A stretch of 58,375 nt of DNA, counting the filler, from Sphacelaria rigidula (Eukaryota): the NCBI GenBank assembly GCA_964200075.2. It is 9 parts of 9 records of this genome, joined end to end, with 100 filler letters (N's around TTAATTAATTAA, not from the genome) between each part and the next. Parts side by side here need not be neighbours in the genome. Positions count along the whole stretch, not along the records: positions 32,489 to 38,885 come from CAXNAA020020330.1; positions 38,986 to 45,382 come from CAXNAA020020331.1; positions 45,483 to 51,879 come from CAXNAA020020332.1; 6 more parts are not named here. One strand, 5' to 3'. The notes below the pieces were generated by a model that was given only the letters and a program-made list of their open reading frames with translations, ran no database searches and was not told where the DNA came from. Shown here in pieces: positions 35,956 to 47,419 of this stretch (within the stretch, counting starts at the first letter, position 1; each line of letters begins with the position of its first letter). The position numbers and the translations under genes are program-made.

Positions 35956-37460
35956 CTCCCCCCTCCCTCTCGTAGGATGACTCTTACATAGTTGCACTTG
36001 TGACTAAAAAAGTAGATGCACCCGCGACTAGCAGCAACTTCAGCAACAATAGTTGCATGATGGCAGGTAGTTGTGGAGCATGGAATACGAACCATTATTC
36101 GCGAATCCAACAAGGAGTAGTGATGTGTATACGTACGCAGGGTGGACTGAATGCGCTACTGGCTCGTCTCATGCGCATGGATACAAGTTCAAGCGTGTGC
36201 AAAGTTCTCTCACAAAACAAAACACTGCCCGAACGGGTGCTAACGACAGTAACACCAGAGTATATATATATATATATATATTCAGGTAGATTAAGCCATG
36301 TTGCCTTTTGTTGGGGAAAGATGCTTCGAGGAAGCGTCATTTAGGCATTCCTAGCTTCCCCACTTGACTTTGATCTAGGGCTGAAAAAACTTCGCCCCAT
36401 TTTCATATGTCGTCCTCTGTGGTGAGGTTTAGCTCTATACTCGTTCACTGTATGGGCAGGAACAGAATGTGTTGCTAAAAATAAAGCATCCCGTAGAGCT
36501 TCATCATCTGATCTATAGTATCTATAGTGAGCCGGGAAGGCGAAACGGAAGAAAACTAATGAGCACCCATGGGTACTGTTACAGCTCCATCCTACCTGAC
36601 TGGGATTGAACCTCAAAGCAACGATTGGCGGAAGTATGAAATAAATGGTGTGATAAATCTGGCTAGTACGTGTACTTGTACCGTACACGCAAACAAGAGT
36701 GTCGGTACGGTGAACAACCACGTGCCGACCTCGTTCGCGTCCACCGTTCTTGATAAAAAAATAAAAAATAAAAAAGCAACTAAACTTGCGCACGTAGTGC
36801 ACGCTACTTGTCTTGCGATACCCGAACAAGACAAGACTGCGCACAGTAGTAGTGCACTTGTGTTTTGATACCCGAACAAAACGCTGTGCAACATACTAGG
36901 TGCACTACATCGCATACTCTCTACTACTGTATCGGTTGAACCACTGCTACTATCGAGGCATTTTGCATTTCACCGTACTACTTTGCGTATAGGATAAGCG
37001 GCACAAAAAGGTAAGTCGGAGGAGTAAGAAGGAGTATTATTGCACACACATACCACCACCAGGAGCAGCAGCTCTAGCCACCCCGGATTCTCGATGTGTT
37101 GATGGATACGCATAAATATCGCCGGGAGGAAAGAGTGTTGGATGGTCGAAACGGGCCTCGAAGCCGGCTTTGTTCGTGTACAAGATACTACACTGTTTTA
37201 CAACGATGCTCGGTACTAGCGTTGTGTACGTACTACCAGCGCACCATGCTGCCTGGACGCTAGGACAGCCAGACCGCGGATAGTTGCAGTGGCGGCGCGC
37301 ACGGGTTCGCGAGATTAGATCCAGCGCGGTACGTTGCACTACAGTTGTACTACCGCGCGAGCACTTGAGATTCACGCCCTTGGTTGCACTGCTGTACGCG
37401 CTGCAGGGTAACCTAAAGGTAAATAGGCCACTCTCCCTCCCCCCCCCCACACACACACAA

Positions 37461-37527
37461 CTGCTCCGTCTCGAAAGGGATGCTTGGTCAATGGTCAAAC
37501 GACTAAGGCAAGCAACAAATGAGTACG
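37461..37527 (+). mobile_element. Family A 3' end with perfect 21-bp TSD
   Basis: C10(AC)5A at 37439-37459 and 37530-37550. Confidence 0.88.
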
Positions 37528-37729
37528 CCCCCCCCCCCCACACACACACAGCCTGGTCCGGCGAGAACTCGGCGTGCTCCGTCCCGGCTTTGTTGGGGCA
37601 GACCCCCGATGGGGTTGGCGTCGGTTGGCGCTTACGCTGTGAAACACGCCACTCACTGCGTAAGCTAGGCGACCAGGTTGCCGGTTATTGTTTTGGCGCG
37701 CTTGCGTTTTTTAATGCGGTAACCATGCT

Positions 37730-38113
37730 AATGGTCGAGCTAGATTATGTTGTGCGGATTGGGAGAACCTCAACTCCACGCAAAGGAGATGATCGTACTA
37801 CGTAATGTTCAAATGGTGAGACATCCATGAGGCAGTGTACAAGCCGTGGCTGTCTCTGGTAGTGGCGATACCAGAAGATGAAGCAACTCATTGGAGGCTG
37901 TCATCCTCATGCAAGATAATCAGTACGCTTCGGGCCAAACAATCGTAGCAGGATGCAGCTCATCCTTCATGCAACTCGCCGAACACATCACGGCGCTTCG
38001 TGCTTGGTGATTGATTACGAGCCTGGTCCGGCGAAAACCCTGCGTGCTCCGTCCCAGCTTTGGAGGGATGCGAGGCCAATGATCTTATGACTATGGCATG
38101 CAAGATCATGAGT
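37730..38113 (+). mobile_element. Non-LTR family B, 3' portion
   Basis: Homologous to the other B copies; ends GATCATGAGTACA|CCCTCCC. Confidence 0.8.
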
Positions 38114-38219
38114 ACACCCTCCCACACCCTCCCACAGTAACGCCCCCCCCCCCCCTTCCCATTTTGACAATATCAAGGTGAAACATGTGCCGCGCAGTTT
38201 TCAGTGAAAGGCCGAAGAA

Positions 38220-38578
38220 TGTGCGTTGCCATCCCGTCTATTCTGCACGCCAGTCTAAATCGTTCGGTACGTATGAGCGCATCAGTCGGGGTCACACAGG
38301 AGGGAAGCCAACACAGGAGCTTTTATTTTTTACTTTGTTTCGGTGCTCGACCTTCCTTCTGCGGTGATTGCCTCGTTTTTTATCGCGAGAGGGATTCAAC
38401 GGTCACTTTTTCTCGTCGGCAGTAAGGTCGATTTTTGTATACCTACGAAATAGCTGCTCTCCACTGTTGGGCATGGTGTGAGAAAAATTCCCAGGTCATG
38501 TGGCTTCACCGAGGTTCGAAATCACGACTCAACCGTCAGAAGGTTTCGAGGTTACCAACTGAGCCAGCGGGGCGACCG
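38220..38578 (-). mobile_element. tRNA-derived SINE family 1 copy
   Basis: Reverse-strand A box TGGCTCAGTTGG, B-box-like ATTTCGAACC, shared body. Confidence 0.85.
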
Positions 38579-39060
38579 ACTTGGTATGAGTAATTGAGAC
38601 AAATTAACTGCGGTATACCGTGACATTTCAGAATCTTTATTCCGTAGGGGAAAGCGAACACAATACGAACATTTCGAACAAGTAGCGTCCAGGGGTTCCA
38701 AAAACAGATGTACTCACGGGACAACAACCGTACCTATGTACTCGATAACTTTTCGCGACAGGATATACGAGATGATGATGGTATGAGACGAACGCCAGAA
38801 ACTGGGCGGGCGGGGGGGGGGGGGGGGGGAGTCGCTGCACGGTTATCCTGGCGGACATCCTGATCGTCCTCGCACGCCAGGGACGNNNNNNNNNNNNNNN
38901 NNNNNNNNNNNNNNNNNNNNNNNNNNNNNTTAATTAATTAANNNNNNNNNNNNNNNNNNNNNNNNNNNNNNNNNNNNNNNNNNNNTGATGCCGATTCACC
39001 AAAACAAGAATCAGCACTCCCTAGGGGTCTAGTTCCCAAAGGGTTAAAAACACAATGAGT

Positions 39061-39340
39061 ATGACTCGTGTGCGCGAGTCATCACTTCTTTTACAACAAG
39101 CAATGACTCGTGTGCTCGAGTCAGTACTTTTTTTACAACGAAAATGACTCGTGTGCTCGAGTCAGTACTGTTTTTTTACAACGAGCAATGACTCGGGTGC
39201 TCGCCCTAATGGTTTCTTTCCACAACAAGCAATGACTGGAGTGCTCGCCCCATTAATTTTTTCCACAACAAGCAATGACTCAAGTGCTCGCCTTACTATT
39301 TTTTTTCCACAACGAGCAATGACTCGAGTGCTCGCCCCAT
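39061..39340. repeat. Tandem array of seven 41-44-bp units with internal palindromes
   Basis: ATGACT.. at 39061, 39103, 39144, 39188, 39232, 39275 and 39319. The first three units form TGACTCG-N6-CGAGTCA. Confidence 0.9.
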
Positions 39341-42164
39341 GAACTTTCACAGCCAACGAGCAGCCCAACGAGTGCGAGTACCACGAGTCACACTCGTGCT
39401 TGTCCGACGTGGGATAGTTTTGACTCCTCCACGTACGTGGCTGATATTTTGGTGTCCGCGGATTAGATCAGCATTGTCACCCCGCATCGACTTTCGGGAA
39501 TGTTCAATGCTCTTTGGTAATAATAGTCACGCCCTTAAGCCTTCAACGACGGAGGAAGTAAGATACTCCCGAGACCAGACACCTTGTGGGATTGCATCTT
39601 GTAGAAATGACTCTCCTCTACTCCGCCCTCGCCCTCACCGGCTTTACTGTAATATGTAACATGTACCATTTGAAAATCTAGATCACCGGGACGCCGCGGC
39701 GAATAAAACCTAGAGTGATCTAAATTTATTGCCTGTCGCACTGTAACTGATCTACTACTAATTCCAGTCATCGTTCAGCGGCGTTTACAAGACAGATTTA
39801 CGTACCCAAGACGAGCAAAATGGAAACACCCGCTAAACGAAGCTCGACAAGAGGGGAGAGATGACTAACGAAATTCAGAACAACCGGAGTTTGATTGATG
39901 GATTGTCGCCCTTTAACTGACGCCCTAGGTAGTCATGATCCAGTCGTGGTCATTATCCACATGATAGACGTACATACCCGAGACAACGCAAAACTAAACA
40001 CTCGCTGAAAACAAAAGAAGGAACAGAAAAGGTAGAGCAGATTGGGAGTAAATCGAAAAGAAACGAGGAGCAGAACAAAGAATAACAAGGAGAAAACAGG
40101 GGAAAATGCGGGGATGGGGGGATGGGGGGATGGTGGTGGTGGGGATGTACTCATGACCATGCATGCCATTGTCATAAGATCATTGACCTTGGGGGGAACT
40201 TAGACTGAGCGGAGGCAAGGCAAGGGGAGAAAAAAAGGACGAGAAGAACAAAAACGCCGAAGTAGGCCTAGCTAACTAGTACCAGTCCCGATAAAACGAC
40301 CAACAAAAACTGGCCAGCCCATGCCGCATGGCTTCAGGCAACGAGGCCGTATTGTAAAAAAACAAATACTTACACACATATATGTACATATCAGCAGAAA
40401 ACAACACCCCTACAGCATATCGCGCACCTTTACAGCCTTCTTGGCCACCAGAGTATGCGGACGGACGACAACAATGAACGGAATCCCCGCGGTCGCACAC
40501 GCGTCGTTAACGCCATCAAGCCCCCCCCCTCGCCCAGCTCCGGCCCTCACAAGGGCGTCGGTCGGCAGGTATTCCGCGCGCACGCCTCCCGCCCAGAGAC
40601 GGGCGGCGACCAGTACTCGCTCCTGTTTTGATTCCGAGCACGCGGAAAAAAACGCCAACAAAATGTTGGCCTCGAGCGACCCGTCTCTTGTTAAAGTGTA
40701 TGTACAAACAGCTCTGCATGCACATAAATAAAGTGAAATTCATTGATTTGAATGATATAGTTGATGAGTTGATTGATTGCCGCGCCCCGGTGGTGTTAAG
40801 GGTCCGACTGTCGCCACTAGGGTGCAAGTAGCGTGGGTTCGCTTCCCGATGCGTTGGTTGTTTCCTTCGTCATGTCTGATTTAGTAAACAAAGTCGTCGA
40901 CTGAGCTTGTTTGACGTGAGTTGACGCGATGCGGGAGTGCTGATAGTCATGATCCAATCCACGATACCAAAATGCAAAGCGTGTACCGGGGGAGAGATGG
41001 GTTGATCCCTTGAGACCACAGACTCATCCCGAGGAAGGGGAGGAGTTCAAAGTGCGACAAATAAAATAAAATGAATATAAAAAACAATTCCGAGCATGAA
41101 CTGATCCCCGAGGGACAGTACCCAGCCGTGGTCATTGTCCATAAGATACACATGCTGTACCCAAGGGAGACAAACGGAAACGCTCGATAAAGGAAAATAT
41201 TGGAATATATATATATATATAAGTCGAAAATCGGAATCAAATTGAGACACAAAACTAAAACCAAAAAACAACGAAAACGAAGCCAAGCAGAAAAGGGAAC
41301 GGAGAGGAACTGAAAAGAGCTACGGTAGAATATATACACACACATAATGTAAGTAGAGCTGGAAACGGCCGGTCTCTGCAGCATGACTTCAGGTGAAGAA
41401 GGCCTTGCACAAGAAAACAAAACTGAATTGAAGAGAGAAAACTAGTACTAATAATACTACGACTACGACTTTAATTCATTTCCTTTTTCTCATTTCACCT
41501 TCACTATTCGTTTCAAAATGATTTCGGGTCCATTGACGATCATACTACTTACAGCGCGACGTCAGCCGCTTGACAACGAACTCTCATCGTTTTCCAGTGA
41601 GCGTGCATGGATAAAGATCCGAATGCTCTTGTAGTAACAGGAAAAAAAAAACATGCTTTTTAGTGCTCGCATATGGATACCTCAGAGTGACGATTCATTT
41701 TTCAAGTGAAAGTCATGTTGATTCAGCACACGGACACCCCTGAGTTGTAATATGTAGTAACACCAGAGTACATGGGCCACTTGTGTGACAAGGTGGCAGG
41801 AAGGATACACGCGAGCACCGTTTTTGCAGAGAAAAGAGTGCCAAAAAATGAGTAGATCAATAAATTGATGCCGGTGAGCAGAGAAATTTTAGTTCTACTG
41901 CCACCTGTCCCAGTAGACGCAAGGTCCAATATCAGGTGTTCGATGTCCACCAGCTGGTGGTCAACAACAGCTAATCAAATGTGGGACTAAAGATGGTGAG
42001 AGACGTTTGTCCGTGACGGCGTTAGCACCTGTCACCCATATGCAAGAGGTGGTTATTCCTCTCAGCCAATTACACACTTTGATATGTACCCAGTGTGTTC
42101 AGACCCGCATTCCAACAGTATTACAACACAAAGTAGTACGACTAGTAGCCGTTGTAGTATAAGT

Positions 42165-42371
<207 letters not shown>

Positions 42372-43555
42372 ATGGATCTAGCCCGATATAAGGATGAGCC
42401 CGACAATAATCCAAGGCTTAGCTTGTCATTTTTGAGCAGAATGTTTGCGAGGAGAAACGAGGCTAAATTGACAGCCAATGGGTAATTCATTCCTGCATTG
42501 TGCTTAGCAGGAAAAAATGTAGTTAATAATCTCCATGATGGAAGAAGTTGAGTCTCTTGTCCCAATCATGACGCAGTAACGCGCTGTGCTTGTCAAAAGC
42601 GGGGGGCGTCTCTGTAGGATAAGTAGAGGTACTAGAAGCTTGCGATGGCTTTATCAAAGCAGAAAGAAACGATCGACTACTTCGAATGGTCTAGGCTTCT
42701 ACCGCAGGAGGAGCACATGACTCCTCCACACTGCCGATACGGTTCTCCTCGGGCAACCTCAGCGCTACACAACATGCCCTCATCATATCTATGACATTAT
42801 TTATGTACGGTACACGATCCCCAATTTAGGGAATTTTCTCGACAAATGGTAGCGGTATTTTTTCTAACGCTACATGTGTAATGAAGTCAGATCGGGGTAT
42901 AGTTGTGGTACGGGGGGGGGGAGTGGGGTGGTGGTGGTGGGGGATTACAAAATCCAACCTACGTTTTCTCTTGCCGAAAACGCGGTGCCGCCTTGCCGTA
43001 GGATCCGGCGTACGTTAGAGATACACCTCACCTTATTCTTATGTGAAACAACGTTCACGATCTGCGACGCGGCCATCGTATATGAGAAAAAAAAGAAGAT
43101 TCGGAATCATGGATCCCTTGGTGGTGGGTGTTATAATACTCTGTAATCTAAATGGTTGTGTATTCTGTAGGATTCGATGCCACTTTTTCCAGGTCTCACT
43201 TTGGCACACACCTCCTTCGTCGGGACGAGTCCGTGGTGTGGAGGGATCAACCCATGAATCATCTATCTCTCCCCCGGTGCAATATGCACCCTGCATTTTG
43301 GCGCAGAATCGTAGGTTGGATAATGACCAAACACTCCCGCACCGCGCAAAATCTCGTCAAATAAGCTCCGTCGAACAAACTTCCTTTGCTACACACGTCC
43401 CCACGCTCTCAACGACGTGAATCAGGTACCCCGGAGAAAAAACGCCGAACTAGACGCATCTGGCGGGGATCGAACCGGCATTTTTTCACAACCTAATGCG
43501 CCGGTTGGATCATTTTAACTTAGAGCACGGGGGCGTGGCAATAATATTGTATATA

Positions 43556-43559
43556 TGTT

Positions 43560-43618
<59 letters not shown>
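43556..43618. repeat. (TTG)n microsatellite
   Basis: Direct reading. Confidence 0.97.
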
Positions 43619-44108
43619 AGCTGCTTCATTTCTTCTTTCTTTTCTGTCGTTGTTGCTTCCGTCTTTTCCTGTTTTCTTTCTTCGTTCTTTCTTATTCTGT
43701 TTTTTTTTTTGCTGCTCCTGACCACGGGCCGGATTGTTGCAATCAGCCAAAGTGAGATAAATCAAATCAATCGAATCAAATCAAACCCGTATCCTTGCGA
43801 TCTATCGGAATTTTTGCCGCCGCGCCCCAGTGGTATGGATTAAAATAGTGAAACTGAAATCGTTCGGAGCATAAGCCTGGGGATTCCAGTTCCGGGATAT
43901 ATATGTATGTTATATATCTATATTGTATATCAATATCATATATCTATATTATATATACAGCTTTTGTTCTTGACAAGCGTCTCTGATTCCCGTGCTTGAA
44001 AACGTGAGGGCATGAGTAGTAAAACACATTCATTTCACGGCCGTCGATGAGGTGCGTTGATGCTCATCCAATAAGGCTACACCAAAATGTAAGGCATGTG
44101 ACGGGGGG

Positions 44109-44480
44109 TGTAGTCATGATCTTGCAGGCCGTAGCTATATGGCCATTAACATCGCATCCCTACAAATCCGCACGCCAAGTAATCGCCGGACCAGGCTCCC
44201 GATCAATGACCAAGCGCGAAGCACCGTGATGTGTTTGGCGAGTTGCGTGGAGGGTGAGTTGTATCCTACCAGGTTCTTCAGCTCGAAGCTTGCTGATTAT
44301 CATGCATATGGATGACAGCCTACAATGAGTCGCTTCGTTTTCTGGTTTCGCCACTCACAGAGGTAGCCACGGGATACACACTACCCACCTCAAGGGTGGC
44401 TCACCATACAAACATCACGTAGTATGATCATCCTCTTTACGCAGAGTCCGGGTTCTCAACCCCGCACAATATGATCAATA
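44109..44480 (-). mobile_element. Non-LTR family B, 3' portion
   Basis: Reverse complement of the B consensus; abuts a G-run at 44103-44108. Confidence 0.75.
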
Positions 44481-45537
44481 TGACCTTGCTCTACCACCAT
44501 CATGCTTACGGCAAAAAAACGCAGGACGATGAAGAAAAAAAGGAAACCTGGTTGCCTCTACTACCTTACGCAGTGAGTGGTGTGTTTTACAGCGTCGTTG
44601 CCAACCGAGGCCAACTCTTGGATGGGGATGGGGGAGGGACGGGCTGCTCCCTTGGGACTACAGCGATGAACTCATCCCGAGGATGTGAGGGGTGGGTGGG
44701 TGGGTGGGGGGGGGGGGGGGTCAAAAATAAGACAAAGGAAAAACCCGTGGCTTTATCGGTGATTGAGCCTTTTGTTGCCGCGTGAGGGCGCATAGATTAA
44801 TCTCAGTTGCGGCATTATCGGCATGGATAATGACGGATCCATCATAGTTGTACAGCCGGTAACGGCAGACTGGTAGTGTCGGTCTGTAGCAACTACTCAT
44901 ACACGATACGATACGTCGGATTGGTTCGTCTCATCGATGACATCGCCACTCATGACCCACAACCGTACCAGCACCGTTATAATCTAGTCTACGGGAAACT
45001 CTTTTGCAGGGAAAATATGAGCAAAAACGAAGGACTGACTCACCTGAAGCCCTTGAGGTTCAAACCCACCGCCGGAGCACACCACAGCATCCACCGTACG
45101 CTGGGGTCTTTGATGTTGATGCTGATGTTGGTGCTGGTTGTTGCTTTTCGTGCTGAAAAGCATGCAGCACGTAGAAACGAAAAGGGGCACGAACATTAAC
45201 TCCGTGTTTATGTAGATATACATGTTAACGGAATACGACGAAGATATCGATTACCTTGTGCAAAAACTCCTCAGCCGTGCCAAACCGCAAATACCTACGT
45301 ATACTTCTATGTATATATCGACGGTTAGGACGAATCATCACAACTACGAATCACCAAATCCACGATTTCTTCGGCCTGATTGNNNNNNNNNNNNNNNNNN
45401 NNNNNNNNNNNNNNNNNNNNNNNNNNTTAATTAATTAANNNNNNNNNNNNNNNNNNNNNNNNNNNNNNNNNNNNNNNNNNNNAGGTCAATGGTCTTATGA
45501 CTATGGCAAGCATGATCATGAGTACACCCCCCCCTCC

Positions 45538-45822
45538 AGAGGGGTAAGTATGGGAAGTAAACGACGGTAGCATGAAAATATTCGATATACTAGACGGTAG
45601 AGAAAAACCGATCGCTGTACTACATAGGAGATAGATGGTGGCCAAGAACAACAATTCAGGATGAGAGTACAATGTATTAAAGGATCTGTGTAATGTATGG
45701 AAGAAACGTAGTGAGCACCCACATGTTGGAGGTGTGTCTGTGAGGAGTGGGAATGCTGCTGCGTGTCGAAAGGAATGCGTGGTCAATAGTCAAACGACCA
45801 AGGTAAGCAACAAACGAGCACG
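45538..45822 (+). mobile_element. LINE family A fragment (diverged)
   Basis: Homologous to 20760-21035. Flanked by ccccccctcc on both sides and preceded by a family B tail (45483-45526). Confidence 0.78.
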
Positions 45823-45857
45823 CCCCCCCTCCTCCCCTCCTCCTTGAGGTTAGCAGC

Positions 45858-46242
45858 ACCCGTGCTAGAGCTAGATCATTTTGTGCAGGGTGGAAAGCCT
45901 CAATCCCGCGCTGACGGGACGATCATACTACGCAGTGTTTTAAATTGTGAGAGACCCATGAAGCAGTGTAACCCTTGGCTGTCTCCAACACTGGCGATAC
46001 CGGAAAATGAAGCAACACATTGGAGGCTGCCATCCGCATGCTAGATACCTGGTACGCTTTGGGCCAAACAATCTTAGCAGGGTGCAGCTCATCCTTCATT
46101 CGGCTCGTCGAACACCTCACGGTGCCTCGCGATTGGTGATTGATTGCGAGCCTGGTCCGGCGAAACCCGGCGTGTTCCGTCCCGGCTTTGTAGAGATACG
46201 AGGTCAACGGTCATATGTCTATGGCATGCAAGGTCACGAGTA
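45858..46242 (+). mobile_element. Non-LTR family B, 3' portion
   Basis: Homologous to 37730-38113; ends GTCACGAGTAA|CCCCCTCCCC. Confidence 0.78.
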
Positions 46243-46946
46243 ACCCCCTCCCCCCCATCGTTGGATTACTCTGAACCACTGGGTATTGTGTGTAGAGTTT
46301 GTCAACAGGTTTTCCAGCGGTAAAAATCCCCAGCTCTTGGTGCCTAAAGGATAAATAAACCATGACTGATAAATTGAAATAAACCATGGAATCACACCAG
46401 CACTGTTTACCCCAGTTCAGCGAACATGACACGTAGATTGCCACGCAGTATGTGTTGTTTTCTCGGCGGATACCTGGTAGCTGGGGATGGGGCTGTGGTT
46501 CGGCTCTCATTCCGTATCCGTCTACCCTCCCAAGGTATACTTCTTGTTTCTTGAACACCATATCTCTTCTCCTCTCTCGAGTTCCTTTCCTCTGCTGGCA
46601 GATCTGATTTGTTTGTTTTGTCACACCCCGACCAACTCGGGGGGAAGGTTTTTCTTCCTCTTCTGTTTTCTGTTTCGTGTCGTTTTGGAGTCTCAGAAGA
46701 ACCTGCTCAATAAGCTGTTTATTGCATGTAACGAATAGTGGTACTGGAAAGGCGAGCATGCGTCCGTGACCATAGCCTCGAGAGATCGCGCTATTGTGGG
46801 GGAATAATGACGAGTAAAAGTTCAGAGTGTATCAATCGCCATGACCTGACGACATACTCGCGTGGAACCCGCCTCACCCGCCTCGAGTTCACAAAACTAA
46901 AAACCTTACTGAAAGGATAGAAAAGCCCTGGTGAGGCCCTGTCTTA

Positions 46947-47419
46947 GGCCAACTCTAATGGCAGCCGTTCAAAATGCCCGTTCAAAACTGCCTTTTTGGC
47001 CCCTCTCCGTCGATTTACGCCCGAAAAGAGGGCTTGGCGGATGTTGACGCCTTCGAGTGACTTACTCTACTCGTTGAGGCCGTTCTCGCGCAACTTTGTA
47101 TTTCCCACTAGCCGCACTCTTGTTTCTGGTGAAATGACGCGAGGCATGGATATTCAGTAAAAAACAGTCAGGTGATCAAAATTTCCCCCTATTTTCTGAT
47201 CGCTTGACCGTTTCTTGTTGGAAATCCGTTTTTGGCCAAAATTGAAACTGCGGCCGGCGGGAAATGCAAGGTTGCCCTGGAACGGCCTCAATGAGTAGAG
47301 CAAATCATTCCGAGGCGTCAACATCCGCCCAGCCCTCTTTTCAGGCGTAAAAATGATTGAGAAGGGCCAAAAAGGCAGTTTTGAGCAGGAATCTTGAACG
47401 ACTCCCATTAGAGTCGGTA
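46947..47419. mobile_element. PIF/Harbinger (Tourist-like) foldback MITE
   Basis: TTA|GGCCAACTCTAATGG ... CCATTAGAGTCGGTA|TTA with long inverted arms. Confidence 0.85.

Noticed and set aside
39061..39340. CRISPR-like array of palindromic repeats
   Set aside because: The intervening sequences are similar to each other (T-run + ACAAC) rather than unique spacers, the repeats degenerate, no cas genes are visible, and the context is eukaryotic.
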